Source: Octopus sinensis
Lineage: Eukaryota
Assembly: GCF_006345805.1 (NCBI RefSeq)
Contig: NC_043005.1
Span: 56,172,001 to 56,236,000, forward strand
Reading direction: 5' to 3'
DNA length: 64,000 nucleotides
The position numbers were made by a program, and so were the translations under genes. Below the pieces are notes generated by a model. That model did no database searches and had not been told where the DNA came from. It was given only the letters and a program-made list of their open reading frames with translations. Shown in pieces: positions 24,304-37,264 of this stretch; position 1 is the first letter of the stretch; each line of letters starts with the position of its first letter.

Positions 24304-26299
24304 GTAAGGACAAGATAAGTTTTTATGCTGCCTTAGCAATTAGCCAATTATTCACTATGTAATTCTTGCTGTGTTAGCAAGCAAAATCACTTGTATATAG
24401 CTTTAATACAACTCTGTGCCCATATATACAACAAATCTATCACACAGATTTTCTCAGCAGAATTAAGTCAACAAGATTCGACTTGTTTTCTCAAATATTA
24501 TGGTAATTAGATTCTTAATTGCTGTGCTGTATTGATACCTTTGCCCTTGTTTTATTCAAGTAGGAAGTGATGTAGATAATTAGATAAAACATCATATACT
24601 TACACACTTGACTGATAATCAATGATAACAACTTGTGTTCAGATAAATTGAAAATCGGAAGTGTTTCCAAGGAGTTTATAAAATTCCTCAAAATATATTG
24701 ATTTACATTTCATAGTTTTTCTATTGTGATTTTTAGTGGTTTTGCTTGTTAGATATTTTGTTGTTTTTTTTTAACTTCTTTACTCCTATTGTTTATGTTA
24801 ATGGGATTTCTCTGGGTCACAAGCTAATATAAATCATAATACTATGTGCTAAAATGAGTGTTTCAGTGTTGCTTAATCTGGTAGAAATAACAACCTAATT
24901 TCCCTCTAATTTCACTTTATTGACATATAGAAAGAAGGACAATTGGTGTATTCTTGGATACACTGTATTGGGGAAAAAATAGACTCGATGGTCACAGCTG
25001 GAATGGCTTTGTTTGTACTGTCTGTTTAATCAAGGTTGATTTGGTGCTACACAACAATAACAATAATATTGTACTCAAAATCAGGTTATTTTTATGTGAT
25101 ATACTTATGAAATATTGAAAAAAAATATTTAGTTTAATGTTGCTGCTGAAATATCATCAAAGGGAAAATATTTTATCTGGTCTGGATTTGACCAAATCAG
25201 TTAAGTGTTGGGCAAAATGCCTGCATTTGTAATCATTTATGCTCCAAGTTCAAAACCCAGCTAGGTTAACATAGTCTTTCATCCTTTTGAGGTTGATAAA
25301 GTAGAGTATTAGTGAAGTACTGGGTGTAAATTATTCTTGTCATGCACTCAGAATGTTAAGAAAATTGTATCAGAAAAACCTTATGATATCAAAATGGCCA
25401 GTATGGAGAAAAATCTTATTGGCAAGTCTCAAAGCATGGTGTAAGAACTGCAAGATATTATAATTGTTTACATGTAATATTATCGTTCAAACTTATACAA
25501 ATTTTAGATCTCATCTAAGCTTTCAAATTTTGTCACTTTCTCTCTATATGCAAGTGTAATACTCAAAGCAGCAAGAATTACTAACAATAATTGTTGTTGT
25601 AAGGTTAAATCTACATGTTTTTAATAATATAGTGGCCAGAAGTAGGTACCAGATCTTCTAACATCATACACCAGCTTCATATATTCTAGGAGATGACAAC
25701 AGGAAACCATTACACAAATGGCTCTCAATCTTTTTGACTCTGTAACATACCTGGGATAAAATAAAATATTACTGGTACAATTTGTATGGAAAGTTTAATC
25801 CTTTGTTTGTCCAAAGCATTTTCATAAGTTTGTCTTAATGTCCATGCTTGATTTTAAACTTTTATTTAGTCCTTGTTTCATATGTTCTGAGTAATATGAA
25901 GCTTACTTTTCATAAGTACCATCTTACTCTGGTGGTTGAAAAAATTGGGTATGTCTATATGTGATGTATGGATGCCAGGAAAATTTGTCCTGTATATCAT
26001 TATGATACACAAGACAGGCAAAGGGTTTAAAAAAACAACTCATTCTCAAGATTATAAATGTGTACTATTGTTTACCTTTTTTATTTAGTCTTGTACATAG
26101 CAAAAGTAGAAATTGCACCTTTTTCAAGATGGTCAAGTATTAGTATGAATTTTCTAAAGACTTAAATCATTTTTTAAAAATATCCCTGATGTACCTAGAT
26201 ACTTCCCGTGATACAGTTTAAAACCGCTACGGTTTTCCTTAACATAGTCATAAACCCATAATGTATTCAAAACAGCTTTTCCAGTACTAGGTGGTCTTC

Positions 26300-26763
26300 T
26301 TTACAGCCTAAAAAGTGCATCAGTTCTGAACAGTTGTTGGTCATCTGTAAGGTTCAAGCGCAACTCACACTAGAGAACTGACTCTGTACTTGAATCAGTG
26401 TAGCTAACAAACACACTCTAAAATAATAGGATATTCAAATATTGGCAAGTTTTCATCTGTCTCTGTCTCCTCTAATACTACTACAGTGATTACTCTTCTG
26501 ATCTAGCAATTAGTATACAATCTCCACCTCGACTCATCTGATGGAAATACATTTCCTACTCTCAAAGCTCCATCTTTCTCACTACCCCAGACTCCATACA
26601 AAATATTATACTCCATCTGTTTTATCAGTATTTCAAACCCACCACCACCACCTCCATCGCCTGGAATTCCCTTTCTAGCAATATTTCCCATACCGGAGTT
26701 TGTCTTGCACATCAGCTTAATCAATCTCACCAATCTTAGAGAGTTTATATAACCCATGGGCAC
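26300..26763 (-). pseudogene. Second, older remnant resembling the same ORF1-like protein
   Basis: Minus-strand segments RWSIIFCME / LRVGNVFPSD / VEVEIVY*LLDQK parallel NILFLPLY / IRILNAPSTPEVEVG*IVATLLYK of 54001-54305. Weak similarity. Confidence 0.3.
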
Positions 26764-28521
26764 TGTGTCTCTCCTTCAATCTTTTTTTTTTTCCATGTAG
26801 AAAACTGCAAGCTGTGATCAGCTTTATGGCATTCATACATTTACTGCAGGTGATGTTTATTTTATATCAGTTCAGTTCTTATCAAGCAAACCCATGATCA
26901 AGAGCATTCCAACTTTGACCATCTTGTCTCTTTATTCAGACACTCTGTACCATGGACTTCATTATTCAATGTGCATCTTCACCTTTTTCTTTTCTTTAAT
27001 ATATGATTCGGGGGAGATTTGGCTGCTGTGTCTATCAGGTTGAATGGCGGTCTAGATGTTCTTGTATCGATAGTTTTATTGTTATTGTACTATAGAACTG
27101 GAGATGGAACTACAATACATCAATCATGACATATATGGTGAAAAGCAAGAACAGAAGAAAACAGAAACAACAAACCAGTCTGTGTTAGTCTGAAAAGATA
27201 AATAGCAAAGTAACCACATATGCCAGCCATTATCATCTAAACATCTTATATATTCTAGATGCATGTCATATAAACATTTCCTAAATATATGTGACATTGT
27301 TGCATGTTTAAACATATCCTTCCACACTCATGCACACATATAACAGATGTTCTCATACACATATTTCAAGATATATGTATTTGTACATATCAGTATGTGT
27401 GTGTATATATATGTATGTGTACACACATACACACTCACTTAAACAAAATCACAGTAATTTCATATTCTTTACACTTTAAAACTTGATTGGTCTCACACAA
27501 TTACACACACTCTCAATCATATTCATCTCTCTCTCAAACTTACCACCTCTAGAATGATCCTATTGTAAAAAAAAAAAGAAAACACTAATAAATTATAATA
27601 GAAATTCACATATTAGCTTTTCTTAACTTGAATGTTCTCAGATATATTTTTTCAAAAGGTTGTTTACTTTTATCTATTTGTCATGTGTTAAGAAGGGAAC
27701 ATTTTCTAAAATAGGTAAAATGTGTGTTGAATTAGGTTCATTTCGTTATGTATTTTGTAATTGCAGTATAAATTATATTTTCTCATCTTCCCGAAATTAT
27801 TTTGAAAAAAAATCAAATACAGTTATTTTTTTTTTATAGTATTTGTGAATGAAAATAAATTGGTTCTATGCCAAAAGGATTTACGACTTTATATATAAAT
27901 GAGGTTAAAGAACTTAAGCAATAAACAATATTAGGATATTTGGCAAGTACACTATGTTATTCATATAAAACATCAGCTGTTCTTTAAAAGATGTAAAACT
28001 TATCCATTCAAGTGGAAGATTCTGTCCGTTTGTTGATTGGCCTTTTATAAACAGCAGCCAAATAACCTTCAAATTACATTCTACTGTTTTCTATCAAAAT
28101 AAAAAGAGGAAGGATGCACTGGATAATATAGTTAGAGTACATTTTACTATGAAATAGAATTTTTTTTAAAAACTGGTCAGTCACTGCTGGAATCCCTTTG
28201 ATCATATCTCTGCTCAATTAAGTGCTAACTTGGAGCTAAACAATAACCTTACCAGATGCAGCTTTCATCTTTCAATTCAGCATTTCCTCACTTAAAAATC
28301 TACTACCATTGCAAATAGCTTTGTAATATATCATTCATTCATTTAATGTTAATTTTTATCATGCTGGCTTGAATTGGAATTGATTTTAAGGTGGGATTTA
28401 GTGGCTGGGTGTTCTACCTGTCACCAACTTTTACTTGCTTTTCAAGTAAGGAAGTTTTTATGATTTACCTAAAGATTTTCACACATATGGGGACAAGAGA
28501 AGCACCAACATTCATTCACAA

Positions 28522-28552
<31 letters not shown>

Positions 28553-29311
28553 TGTGTGGGATAGTGACAGAGTGCAAAAGATAAATAGAAAGAGAAAGAA
28601 AAATAGTTTTAATAGAATTTCTTTCTACTAAATTCACACAGAAGGTTTTGATTGACCTGGGATGTTAACAAAAGACACTTGCCAAAGGTGTCTTGTTTAC
28701 TCTGCTACTCTGCCTTTTGTTTTCGTTGTTGTCAAGAACTTCTAAATATGCTTTGAAAATTTGTCATTCTAAGGACAGACAGACAAAATCTGAACATTGT
28801 GTTGTCATCAGTGATTTTTAATAATTTGAAGATATGGGTCCATTGTTAGTAGCCTTCTTAGAATCATTTACATTGATTAAGTAAGAACAAAGGAATTAAT
28901 ATAACATTTGATGTTATTGTGTAACCCCAAGGTAAGTTCAGTTAAGTGGACTTATGAACTAAGTATTTTAATTGTGGCCCATCAATCTTTTATTTATAAA
29001 AGATGTACAATATGTCCTTCCTTTTTAAAGACATGAAGGGTGGGATTTTATGATGATCTGGATGTAAAATTAGTGCAAAATGTTACCAGTCAAATAATAT
29101 TTTACTCTGTTTCATGATCAAACTATATGACATGGTACTGTTTGGGCCTGCATCAATTGCAGGAAGTTACTGTTTTATAGTAGCTCCAGTACTCTGTAGC
29201 TATTGGATTTGTTGAGTATATAAACAGATTGGCTACATATTTCTCTGAGATTTGTTAAAATCATGTAGATAACCTCTGAAGAGAACCCAATAAGGTTTGA
29301 AAATTGATTAA

Positions 29312-29524
29312 CCCTTCTGTTACTGTATTTATTTTGAGATGCTCTGTGTTTCCTCCAATTATTTTAAATATAACAAAGAATTTAGTAAAATAACTTAGTT
29401 ATCATTAAGCTAGTGTTAGGAACATAAATTGTGACTAAGAAGATTTTAATTCAAAACTTATGAAAAACAAGATATTTATACCAAAGAGCCAGAGACAGTT
29501 TCAGCTGGGCTGGTAACAAAAGGG
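29312..29524. mobile_element. piggyBac-type MITE, family 1 (213 bp)
   Basis: TTAA at 29308-29311 and 29525-29528. 12-bp TIRs CCCTTCTGTTAC / GTAACAAAAGGG. Confidence 0.85.
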
Positions 29525-30644
29525 TTAAAGGTGTTCATTTATTTTCAATCTACAGGGAAATAGATAAATTTACCCTATTTCTATATCTGCTACACAGGTT
29601 GTGTGTGTGTGTGTAAAAAACAGTAACTGACCTTTACAGTTTCTTGATTGCAACCTTAACCTTCCTAAAATTCTGATTACACTCTTTGATACTTGAATAC
29701 AAGTTGGCATGAAGGAGAGGGAGAGAGAGAGAGATTTCAGTTCAAACTTTGATGCTTCAGAATTCTGAATTTGATTTTCATCCGTGTACATTTGGTTATT
29801 ACGTGTTTATTAACTGCTTACGCTACACTTCAATGTATGCCTGTGGATATTATTATTGATTTCTTTTGTCTAGGCCCAAGACTAGTTTCATATGGAAATG
29901 AATATTTTTATAATTACTGTTCAATAGGGTGGTGAATTGACTGAATAAATAGACCATTGGACAAAATACCTTGTGGTATCTAATTATGATTGTTTACCTT
30001 CTGAGTTCAGATCCCACCAAGTTCAACTTCACTTTTCATCCCTCTGGTGTCAATAAAGTTAAGTACCAAACAAGTACTAGTGTCATGGCATCAAATCGAA
30101 ATTGTTGGCCTTAGGTCTACATGAAAATGATTATTACTGTTTCATGCTATACAACACTCTATACTCTCTGTCTTTGGATTGTTCCAGCAGTATATCAGTT
30201 TCTCTATGAGAATAGATTGTTAGCTGTTCACTCAACCTCTCCATGTTTCTCTATGGGTCTCTTCCTCTCACAGTTGTCTTTGAGAGAGAGAGGGAGAGAC
30301 TCAGCACTGATAGTGACCATGGCAATAGTTGAACACAGAGCACTGATAGTGAAAAGAAATATCTCTAAGCATTTTTTAAAATATTTTAATGGTTATGTCA
30401 ATTTGATGTGTTAAGTTAAATAGATATAGTTATTCAAATTGAAGTTCAGTATTTGATTTATTTGTTACTGACTAATGAATGATAGCATACTTAAAAAAAA
30501 AAATCAACTCTAGTTGAATTTGTACAGTGTGCTGAGACTTGACTAATTAATTAATTACTTGTTTGGCCCCCAGTCAATCTTGATTGAGCAGACTTATGAT
30601 AAAAGACATTACAGCCATGTCATCTTTTTCCCCCCATAAAATGG

Positions 30645-31099
30645 TATATTGAGAATTAGATACCAATGCATCCCTCCCCACTTTTTTTTTTTTTTTTGCA
30701 AATGGTAGAGTATGATTTTATAGCTGTTTCTAGCAGGCCAAATGTAGTTGTGTTTTCAGTTACAAAAAAAAACCTGTATGTTACATCGTAAATGACTGTT
30801 TCACTATCTTATTCACAAAGCTTATGGTTTCTGCTCTGCATTTTTTAGTATTGTGTTCAAAAATGTTTGTATCTTGAGAGATTATGATACACAATGTCAT
30901 CCCCCCCTCCCATCCCCCCACTTTTTTTTTTTTTTTTGCAAATGGTAGAGTATGATTTTTATAGCTGTTCTAGCAGGCCCAATGTAGTTGTGTTTTCAGT
31001 TACAAAAAAAAACCTGTATGTTACATCGTAAATGACTGTTTCACTATCTTATTCACAAAGCTTATGGTTTCTGCTCTGCATTTTTTAGTATTGTGTTCA
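30645..31099. repeat. About 240-bp tandem duplication (probable assembly artefact)
   Basis: 30676-30859 recurs at 30916-31099 nearly identically. The start of copy 2 is an insertion-rich version of the start of copy 1. Confidence 0.85.
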
Positions 31100-31225
31100 G
31101 TTTCAGATTCCAGGCACCCTCAGTTGAGGCTGCAAGGAATCATTTTTTTTCTTGTTTTTATTTTTTTAAGATTTCTCATACAATACATGAAGATTATATA
31201 CATTTAATTGAGCTTATTATTTTTA

Positions 31226-31432
31226 CCCTTTAGCATTCAGATTAAATTGTATTATAATTCTTGTTTATCAACATTGTCTTAAAATAACCAGGTATTAACC
31301 TGTACCATCAAGATTTTGATAATGTGATTGTATATTCTTTGAATGACATCATAAGTGGGTGTGAGAGATCCAATCCAGTTGATTCGAACATAAAACAGGT
31401 GGGATATTTTGGCTGGTTTAAATTCTAAAAAG
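31226..31432. mobile_element. piggyBac-type MITE, family 2
   Basis: ccctttagcattcaga start and aattctaaaaag|TTAA end. Homologous to 50273-50492. Confidence 0.65.
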
Positions 31433-31871
31433 TTAAAGCAAATGTAAGAACAACAGAACATTTACTGATGGGGGGAGTCACAAGAGCCGATACTAAGAAT
31501 AGACAAATTTATTTAAAAATTTGCATTGACAGTTTATTAAACCAGATGAATTTTATAATATAATATATGTACATACACAAACACTCACACAGATTATATT
31601 TTGGGGTGCATTTTTGCACCATACACAGTCGAAATTGCTGTCACTCTGCAATGGTTTACAACACTCAGTTTGTAGATGACACTATATCATTGAAAGGAGC
31701 TATGTCATGGCAGACAAAAATGGGTGGGAAATCCAGATCAGGTTCATATGAATCTGAGCAAGCTCACCCTGCTGCTACTGCTGCTTCTGATGATGATGAT
31801 GATGATGATGATAACACATAGGACAATAAATGAGCTTTAGGTATTTTTGCTCAATAAACACAAAGAAGTCT

Positions 31872-31931
31872 AAACTGCGATCCTCCGACCGCTAGTCCGC
31901 TGCCTAACCACTGGGCCATTGCGCCTCCACC
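31872..31931 (-). mobile_element. Isolated tRNA-like head of SINE family C
   Basis: Minus strand gtggaggcgcaatggcccagtggttaggcagcggactagcggtcggaggatcgcagttt, truncated at box B. Confidence 0.6.
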
Positions 31932-31987
31932 CACCACACACCACACACCATTATATATATATATATATATATATCATTATATATATA

Positions 31988-32027
<40 letters not shown>

Positions 32028-32030
<3 letters not shown>

Positions 32031-32242
32031 CGGGAAGCTTTATGAAAATAAACAAAAGACGAAGGCAGGTGGAAAACAACGAACAATTGTATTAGTATGG
32101 CGCTCAGGAAATATAAATAAAACAAGTCTTTAACGTTTCGAGCCTACGCTCTTCAACAGAAAGATACACAGAGAGAGAAAAACACAGAAAGAAGGAGAGA
32201 AAAAAAATGCGTGCAGTAGCTAACGAATCAACATGGCGATCT
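32028..32242 (-). mobile_element. About 215-bp CpG-retaining non-coding element inserted in (TA)n; Penelope-like/retrozyme-like
   Basis: Unique sequence between two (TA)n tracts, containing the tgaagagcgtaggctcgaaacg motif. A decayed fragment of the same family lies at about 62990-63050. Confidence 0.6.
32127..32164 (-). ncRNA. Minimal hammerhead ribozyme-like motif (degenerate core)
   Basis: Minus strand TCTTT-CTGTTGA-A-GAGC(GTAG)GCTC-GAA-ACGT-T-AAAGA. Helix I 5 bp, helix II 4 bp, palindromic helix III ACGU. A6 is replaced by U and there is an extra A after A9. Confidence 0.5.
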
Positions 32243-32269
32243 AATATATATATATATATATATATATTA

Positions 32270-32628
32270 CTATGTCAGTCATTAGACTGTGACAATACTG
32301 GAGCACCACCTTGAGGAATTATAATCAAGCTAATTGACTCTAATACTTAGTTTCCTTTAAGCTTGATACTTACACTATCAGTCTATTTTGTCAAACTGCC
32401 AAGTCACAGGGACATAAACTCACCAACACCAGTTGTCTAGCCGTGGTGGGACACACACACACACATATGTATTATATGATGGGCTTCTTTCAGTTTTCGT
32501 CTACAAAATCCACTCACAAGGCTTTGGTTGGCACAAGGCTATAGAAAACATTTGCCCAAGGTGTAACACAGTGGGACTAAACTCAGAAACATATGGTTGG
32601 GGAACAAACTTCTTACCACACAGCCACA
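32270..32628 (-). mobile_element. tRNA-derived SINE family A, antisense
   Basis: cattagactgtgacaatactggagcaccacc...catttgcccaaggtg...ttaccacacagccacac. Confidence 0.8.
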
Positions 32629-34235
32629 CTTGTGTGTGTGTGTTTAACATGTGGTAATGTATGTCATCGAATCCTGGGTAAATGGTATTTTAGCATATTT
32701 CAGTGTTAAAGAATTGGTGTTTTAAAGTGGGTCCTGCTGTATGAACAAGGCTTAAGTCTTATATTCAACTATGCACACAGCCTGCATCCCTCTAATAAGA
32801 TATTTCCCATCCTGTTATTGGCTATCAGCTCAGTATCTCAGTGTATTTAATTGTGTTTATGTTAGAAGGCTGGGCTTTAAGGAGATAGTGCTTTGATTCC
32901 ACTGCATGGAACTTTAAGTCTTCTGTTATTACAGCCTATGGCTGACCAGGGTCTTGTGAGTAAAATTTGGTCAGTAGAAACTATACAGAAGCCCTGTATG
33001 TGTGTGTCTTTTATCTTCAAGGCTTTTACATTGACATTACTTGGATTGTGATGACATTCGTTTATGTCTCCATTGAACAATATGTCCTACAGTTTGGAAG
33101 CTTGAGATGTGAAGACCAGTGAAATAAAGTACATTTCATGAATTTATTGTTTATTTCTGACATTGATTCAAGGTCTCACTGGGATGTGAGTTAATCATAT
33201 ACTATATAACTGGTATTTTATTTTATCAACATCTGAAAGATGAACAGCAAAGTCAACCTCACCGGTGTGATTTGAACTGAGAATCTAAGGGCACATAACT
33301 TACTTACAGTAAGGTATTTTTATCAGGCGTTCTTGTGATTCTTCCAATTCACTAAACTTTAATAATCAATAATACAAAATGTATTACTACTTTAAAAGAA
33401 AAATATTTTGTTACTTGAAATTTAAAGCAAGTACCAATATGTGAAATACTTATTTCTGCGTTTTTTTTTTTCTCCACTATGCTTTCCTACACAGGTGTAT
33501 ACTTTAATGCACTAGAAAATTATTGCAAATCTCTATACCTAAACCTTATACATAGCAAGACAGTTTTTATAATCTTGTTAAAGACCAAACTTTTATAAGA
33601 ACCCTATATATAATTTTGTTCTGTGTTCTATATAACAATGTTTACTTAGTAAATCATTTTCTTGCTTTATTAATTGATTCTTCTTATAAGCTTTTTATTT
33701 TATATTTTTCACCAGCTACTTTCGTGTAATCAATAATATAATGTCATATCTTCCCTAAATTAATTAAATTCCAATCATATTAAACTGTTGTTTGATCATA
33801 TTTTTCTTTCTTCCTTTTTTCTTGAAGATAAATATAATCAGTAAATTGCCTCATTAATTTATTTTAGCAATTACCTGATATTATTTGGTTACAGAGGCAT
33901 GGTATGTAGTTTAGGTTTATCATTAACTATATCAATCTCATCATACTTTAATTATGTTAGTTTTTTGGGTTTTTGTTTTTTTAGTAATGTTATGGCAATA
34001 AATTTTCCTCTGACACATTATTTGCTCTCTGAGTACATTTCAACCAGTTTGAAAGGTATTTTGGATTGGTGTTGTTCTTCTTCCTATTTATTTAAGTTGT
34101 TGGTATTATTGTTGTTTAGCCCTCAGATTATCCTTGATCAAGCAGATTGATAATCAAAGACATTCTAGCTATGGTCATTCCATCTTTTTGGTTTTTCAGT
34201 GATAGAGGTTCAACCCCACTGCATGGCACTTTAAC

Positions 34236-34435
34236 CCCTTAGTAGTTAAAAAGGGCCGTATCCAGCTCAGATACTCTGTTTTATGTTCAAACCAATCAGA
34301 TCTGGCTTCTCATACTTACCCTACACTGTCATTCTAAAAAGTAAACAATCATATCTTCAAAATTTCGAAGCTACAAGATAATGCATAATTAATTGAAAAC
34401 AATATGAAGAAATTAACATTACATTTGATGGAGTT
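34236..34435. mobile_element. piggyBac-type MITE, family 2, opposite orientation
   Basis: ttaa|ccccttagt start. Body ttttatgttcaaaccaatcagatctggcttctcatacttaccctaca is the reverse complement of the family body. Confidence 0.6.
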
Positions 34436-36855
34436 AAGGAAGTATCTTCTGCAGTAGCCTATGGCTAACCAAAGCCTTGTGAATGTAATTTGGCCAACAG
34501 TAACTGTACAGAAGCCTATTGTGTGTGTGTGTCTCCAAGGATTTAACATTGACATCACTAGGGCAATAATGACATTTGTTTATGTGTCCCATGAGCAATA
34601 TGTCCTGCAGCTTGAGGGATTTGAAATGCGAGTACATTTCCTGAACACAAGGCAAAGGTTGATGACAAGAAAGGCATCTAGCCAAAGAATACTGCATCTA
34701 GACCCTTCATCTAACCCGTGTGTGCATGGAAAAAGTGGTCATGATGATGAGAATGACTGTATGTAGGACTATGCATCCTTCTTTTTTTAAAGTATTAATT
34801 GAGGTTGTTATTTCTAGCAGATAGTGTAACCTCATTGAGGCTCACTCATTGGCTCATATTAGCAATGCTGTTGACGTTATTGCTGTTTGGACCCAGCTCA
34901 ATTCTTTCATTCTGTCTTTTTGCGTATTTATGATTACATCCCTTACTTTTTAAGATGGCGGGATGTAATTTGAAGGGATTTGGCTGCTATTTTTAGCAAG
35001 ACAAGTGACTATGTTGAGGTTCAATGATGATGTTGATTCTATGGTAAAAGTGTTATTTATTCTAAGATGTAAAAGTGTTATTTAGCCATAGGTTTCCAGG
35101 CTTGTATTAATAAGTAAGATATTTGTAGGGCTGTTTCACTGAACAGAACACTTTGTGGTATTTGTTCTGATTCTCTGTGTTTTGACTTCAAATCCTGCCA
35201 AACTCAACTTGGTTTCTTATCCTCCTGGGGTTGATAAAGTGTTTGTCATATACTGGGGCCAGTTCTTTGCTTTCTCTGTCAAATCCATTGCAAGCTATGA
35301 TAAGCTTGTAGCCCCTAGTTGAAAAACCAGGCCAGAAAACACTTATGGGAGGCAAACTAATCCGGCACGGTGTATACTGAAACCTTTTTCTGTCTCTACT
35401 TAGGACTACATTACGCTTTCTATTTTTGACAGTAGGGTATGATTTTAAGGAGATTTGGCTGCTTCTAGCAGATCAAGGAAATATACAGGTTTGCTTGTTG
35501 GCTAATTCTCTGAGGTATGTTATTAATAGCTTTGCCACAACACCAAAGAGTGACTCTTTGAATTTACTTGTGCTACTTTTTATGTTATTGTTATAATATC
35601 AGATAATCCATAACATATTTCCAATGAAATATTTTGGGGTTTTGTATGGTTTTTGTAATAAAAAAGAAAGAGAGAGAGAAATAATCTAATGCTAGAATAT
35701 GCAGAAGTCATCATACTCAACCAACCATATCTTATATATTAACAAAATATAAATTTAAGTAGAAGGCTAACCTTAACCTATGGTGTCTCAGTTACTGCTC
35801 ATACATAGGTTTCTATTATTTCATATTTTTCATTTTCGTTCTTTTTATCCTGCTGTTTTACACTCATTTTTTGACCTTGATATGAATGTGATATCTTTTT
35901 TTTTTTTTTGAGCAATTATTTTTGCAGTAGGATGTTACACTTTGTTCTGAATTGTGCCAGCCAAGCGACTAAAGCAATCAATCAGAAACACATAAAAAGG
36001 AAAAAGATAAAATTTTTAAAAAAACTGGGCAAACTTCTGTGAAAAAGACTTCTGAAATTTCTAATCTTGACCTTAGGTGTAGGTGTGGCTGTCTGGTTGA
36101 GAAGCTTGCTTCCCAACCATGTAGTCTTGGGTTCAGTCTCACTGCATGATATCTTGGACAAGCATCTACTATAACCCTGGCCAGCCACAACCCTATGAGT
36201 GCATTTAGTAGACAGAAACTAAAAGAAGCCCAATGTGTGTGTGTGTGTGATAGACTCTCCTGTCAAAGATGATGTATGAATGTTCAGTGAGAAGGCAGAA
36301 AAAAAAATCCAACCAAAAAGATAATCATCAGCCATTCACCAATGCTTACAGTTCATTCACTTCACCTGGTGACTCCATGTGAGTCCTTAAGCCACACAAA
36401 AGCAATATGGAAACCAGCACATGGTCTAGCTGAGAAATTACAATGTGGACAATGTTGTTTTGCAGGAAGACTGCATGCTTGTGCAATGTTTGTCCTCCAC
36501 CACCACTTGACAGTTGTTGTTGGTTTGTTTATGACCCTGTAATTTAGCAGTTCAGCAAACACATTCTGATAGAATAAGTACCAAACTTAGAAAATTAGTA
36601 GTGAGGTCAATTTGTTTGACTAAAAATTTTCCAAGACAGTGTCCACCATGACCACAGTCCAATGACTGAATCAAGTAAAAGATAAAGGTGTAATTTTAAG
36701 TTTAATGCCTTAACATCGCAGCCATCATCATCAACATTTAGTGTCTGTTTTCCATGCCATCATGGATTAGACAGTTTGACTGGAACCGGTAAGTCACAGA
36801 GCTGCACTAGGTTCCAGTCTGTTTTGACATGGTTTCTATGGCTGGATGCCCTTCC

Positions 36856-37264
36856 GAGTGGCTGTGTGGTAAGTAGCTTTCTTACCAACCACATGGTTCC
36901 GGGTTCAGTCCCACTGCGTGGCACCTTGGGCAAGTGTCTTCTACTATAGCCTCGGGCCGACCAAAGCCTTGTCAGTGGATTTGGTAGACGGAAACTGAAA
37001 GAAGCCTGTCGTGTATATGTATATATATATATATGTGTGTGTGCCTATATGTTTGTGTGTCTGTGTTTGTCCCCCTAGCATTGCTTGACAACCGATGCTG
37101 GTGTGTTTATGTCCCCGTCACTTAGCGGTTCGGCAAAAGAGACCGATAGAATAAGTACTGGGCTTACAAAGAATAAGTCCCGGGGTCGAGTTGCTCGATT
37201 AAAGGTGGTGCTCCAGTATGGCCGCAGTCAAATGACTGAAACAAGTAAAAGAGTAAAGAGAGTA
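36856..37264 (+). mobile_element. tRNA-derived SINE family A, young near full-length copy nested in an RTE-tailed repeat
   Basis: Head gtggctgtgtggtaag...ggttccgggttcagtccc (box A/B-like), core gcaccttgggcaagtgtc, internal (TA)n(TG)n, tail aacaagtaaaagagta. Many CpGs. Confidence 0.85.

Noticed and set aside
26503-26763. 86-aa ORF with poly-Gly as a host gene
   Set aside because: The Gly run comes from a (CCA)n tract, there are no splice signals, and it is better explained as decayed TE sequence.
31872-31931. tRNA gene
   Set aside because: No complete cloverleaf; truncated in the T-arm and matches the head of SINE family C.
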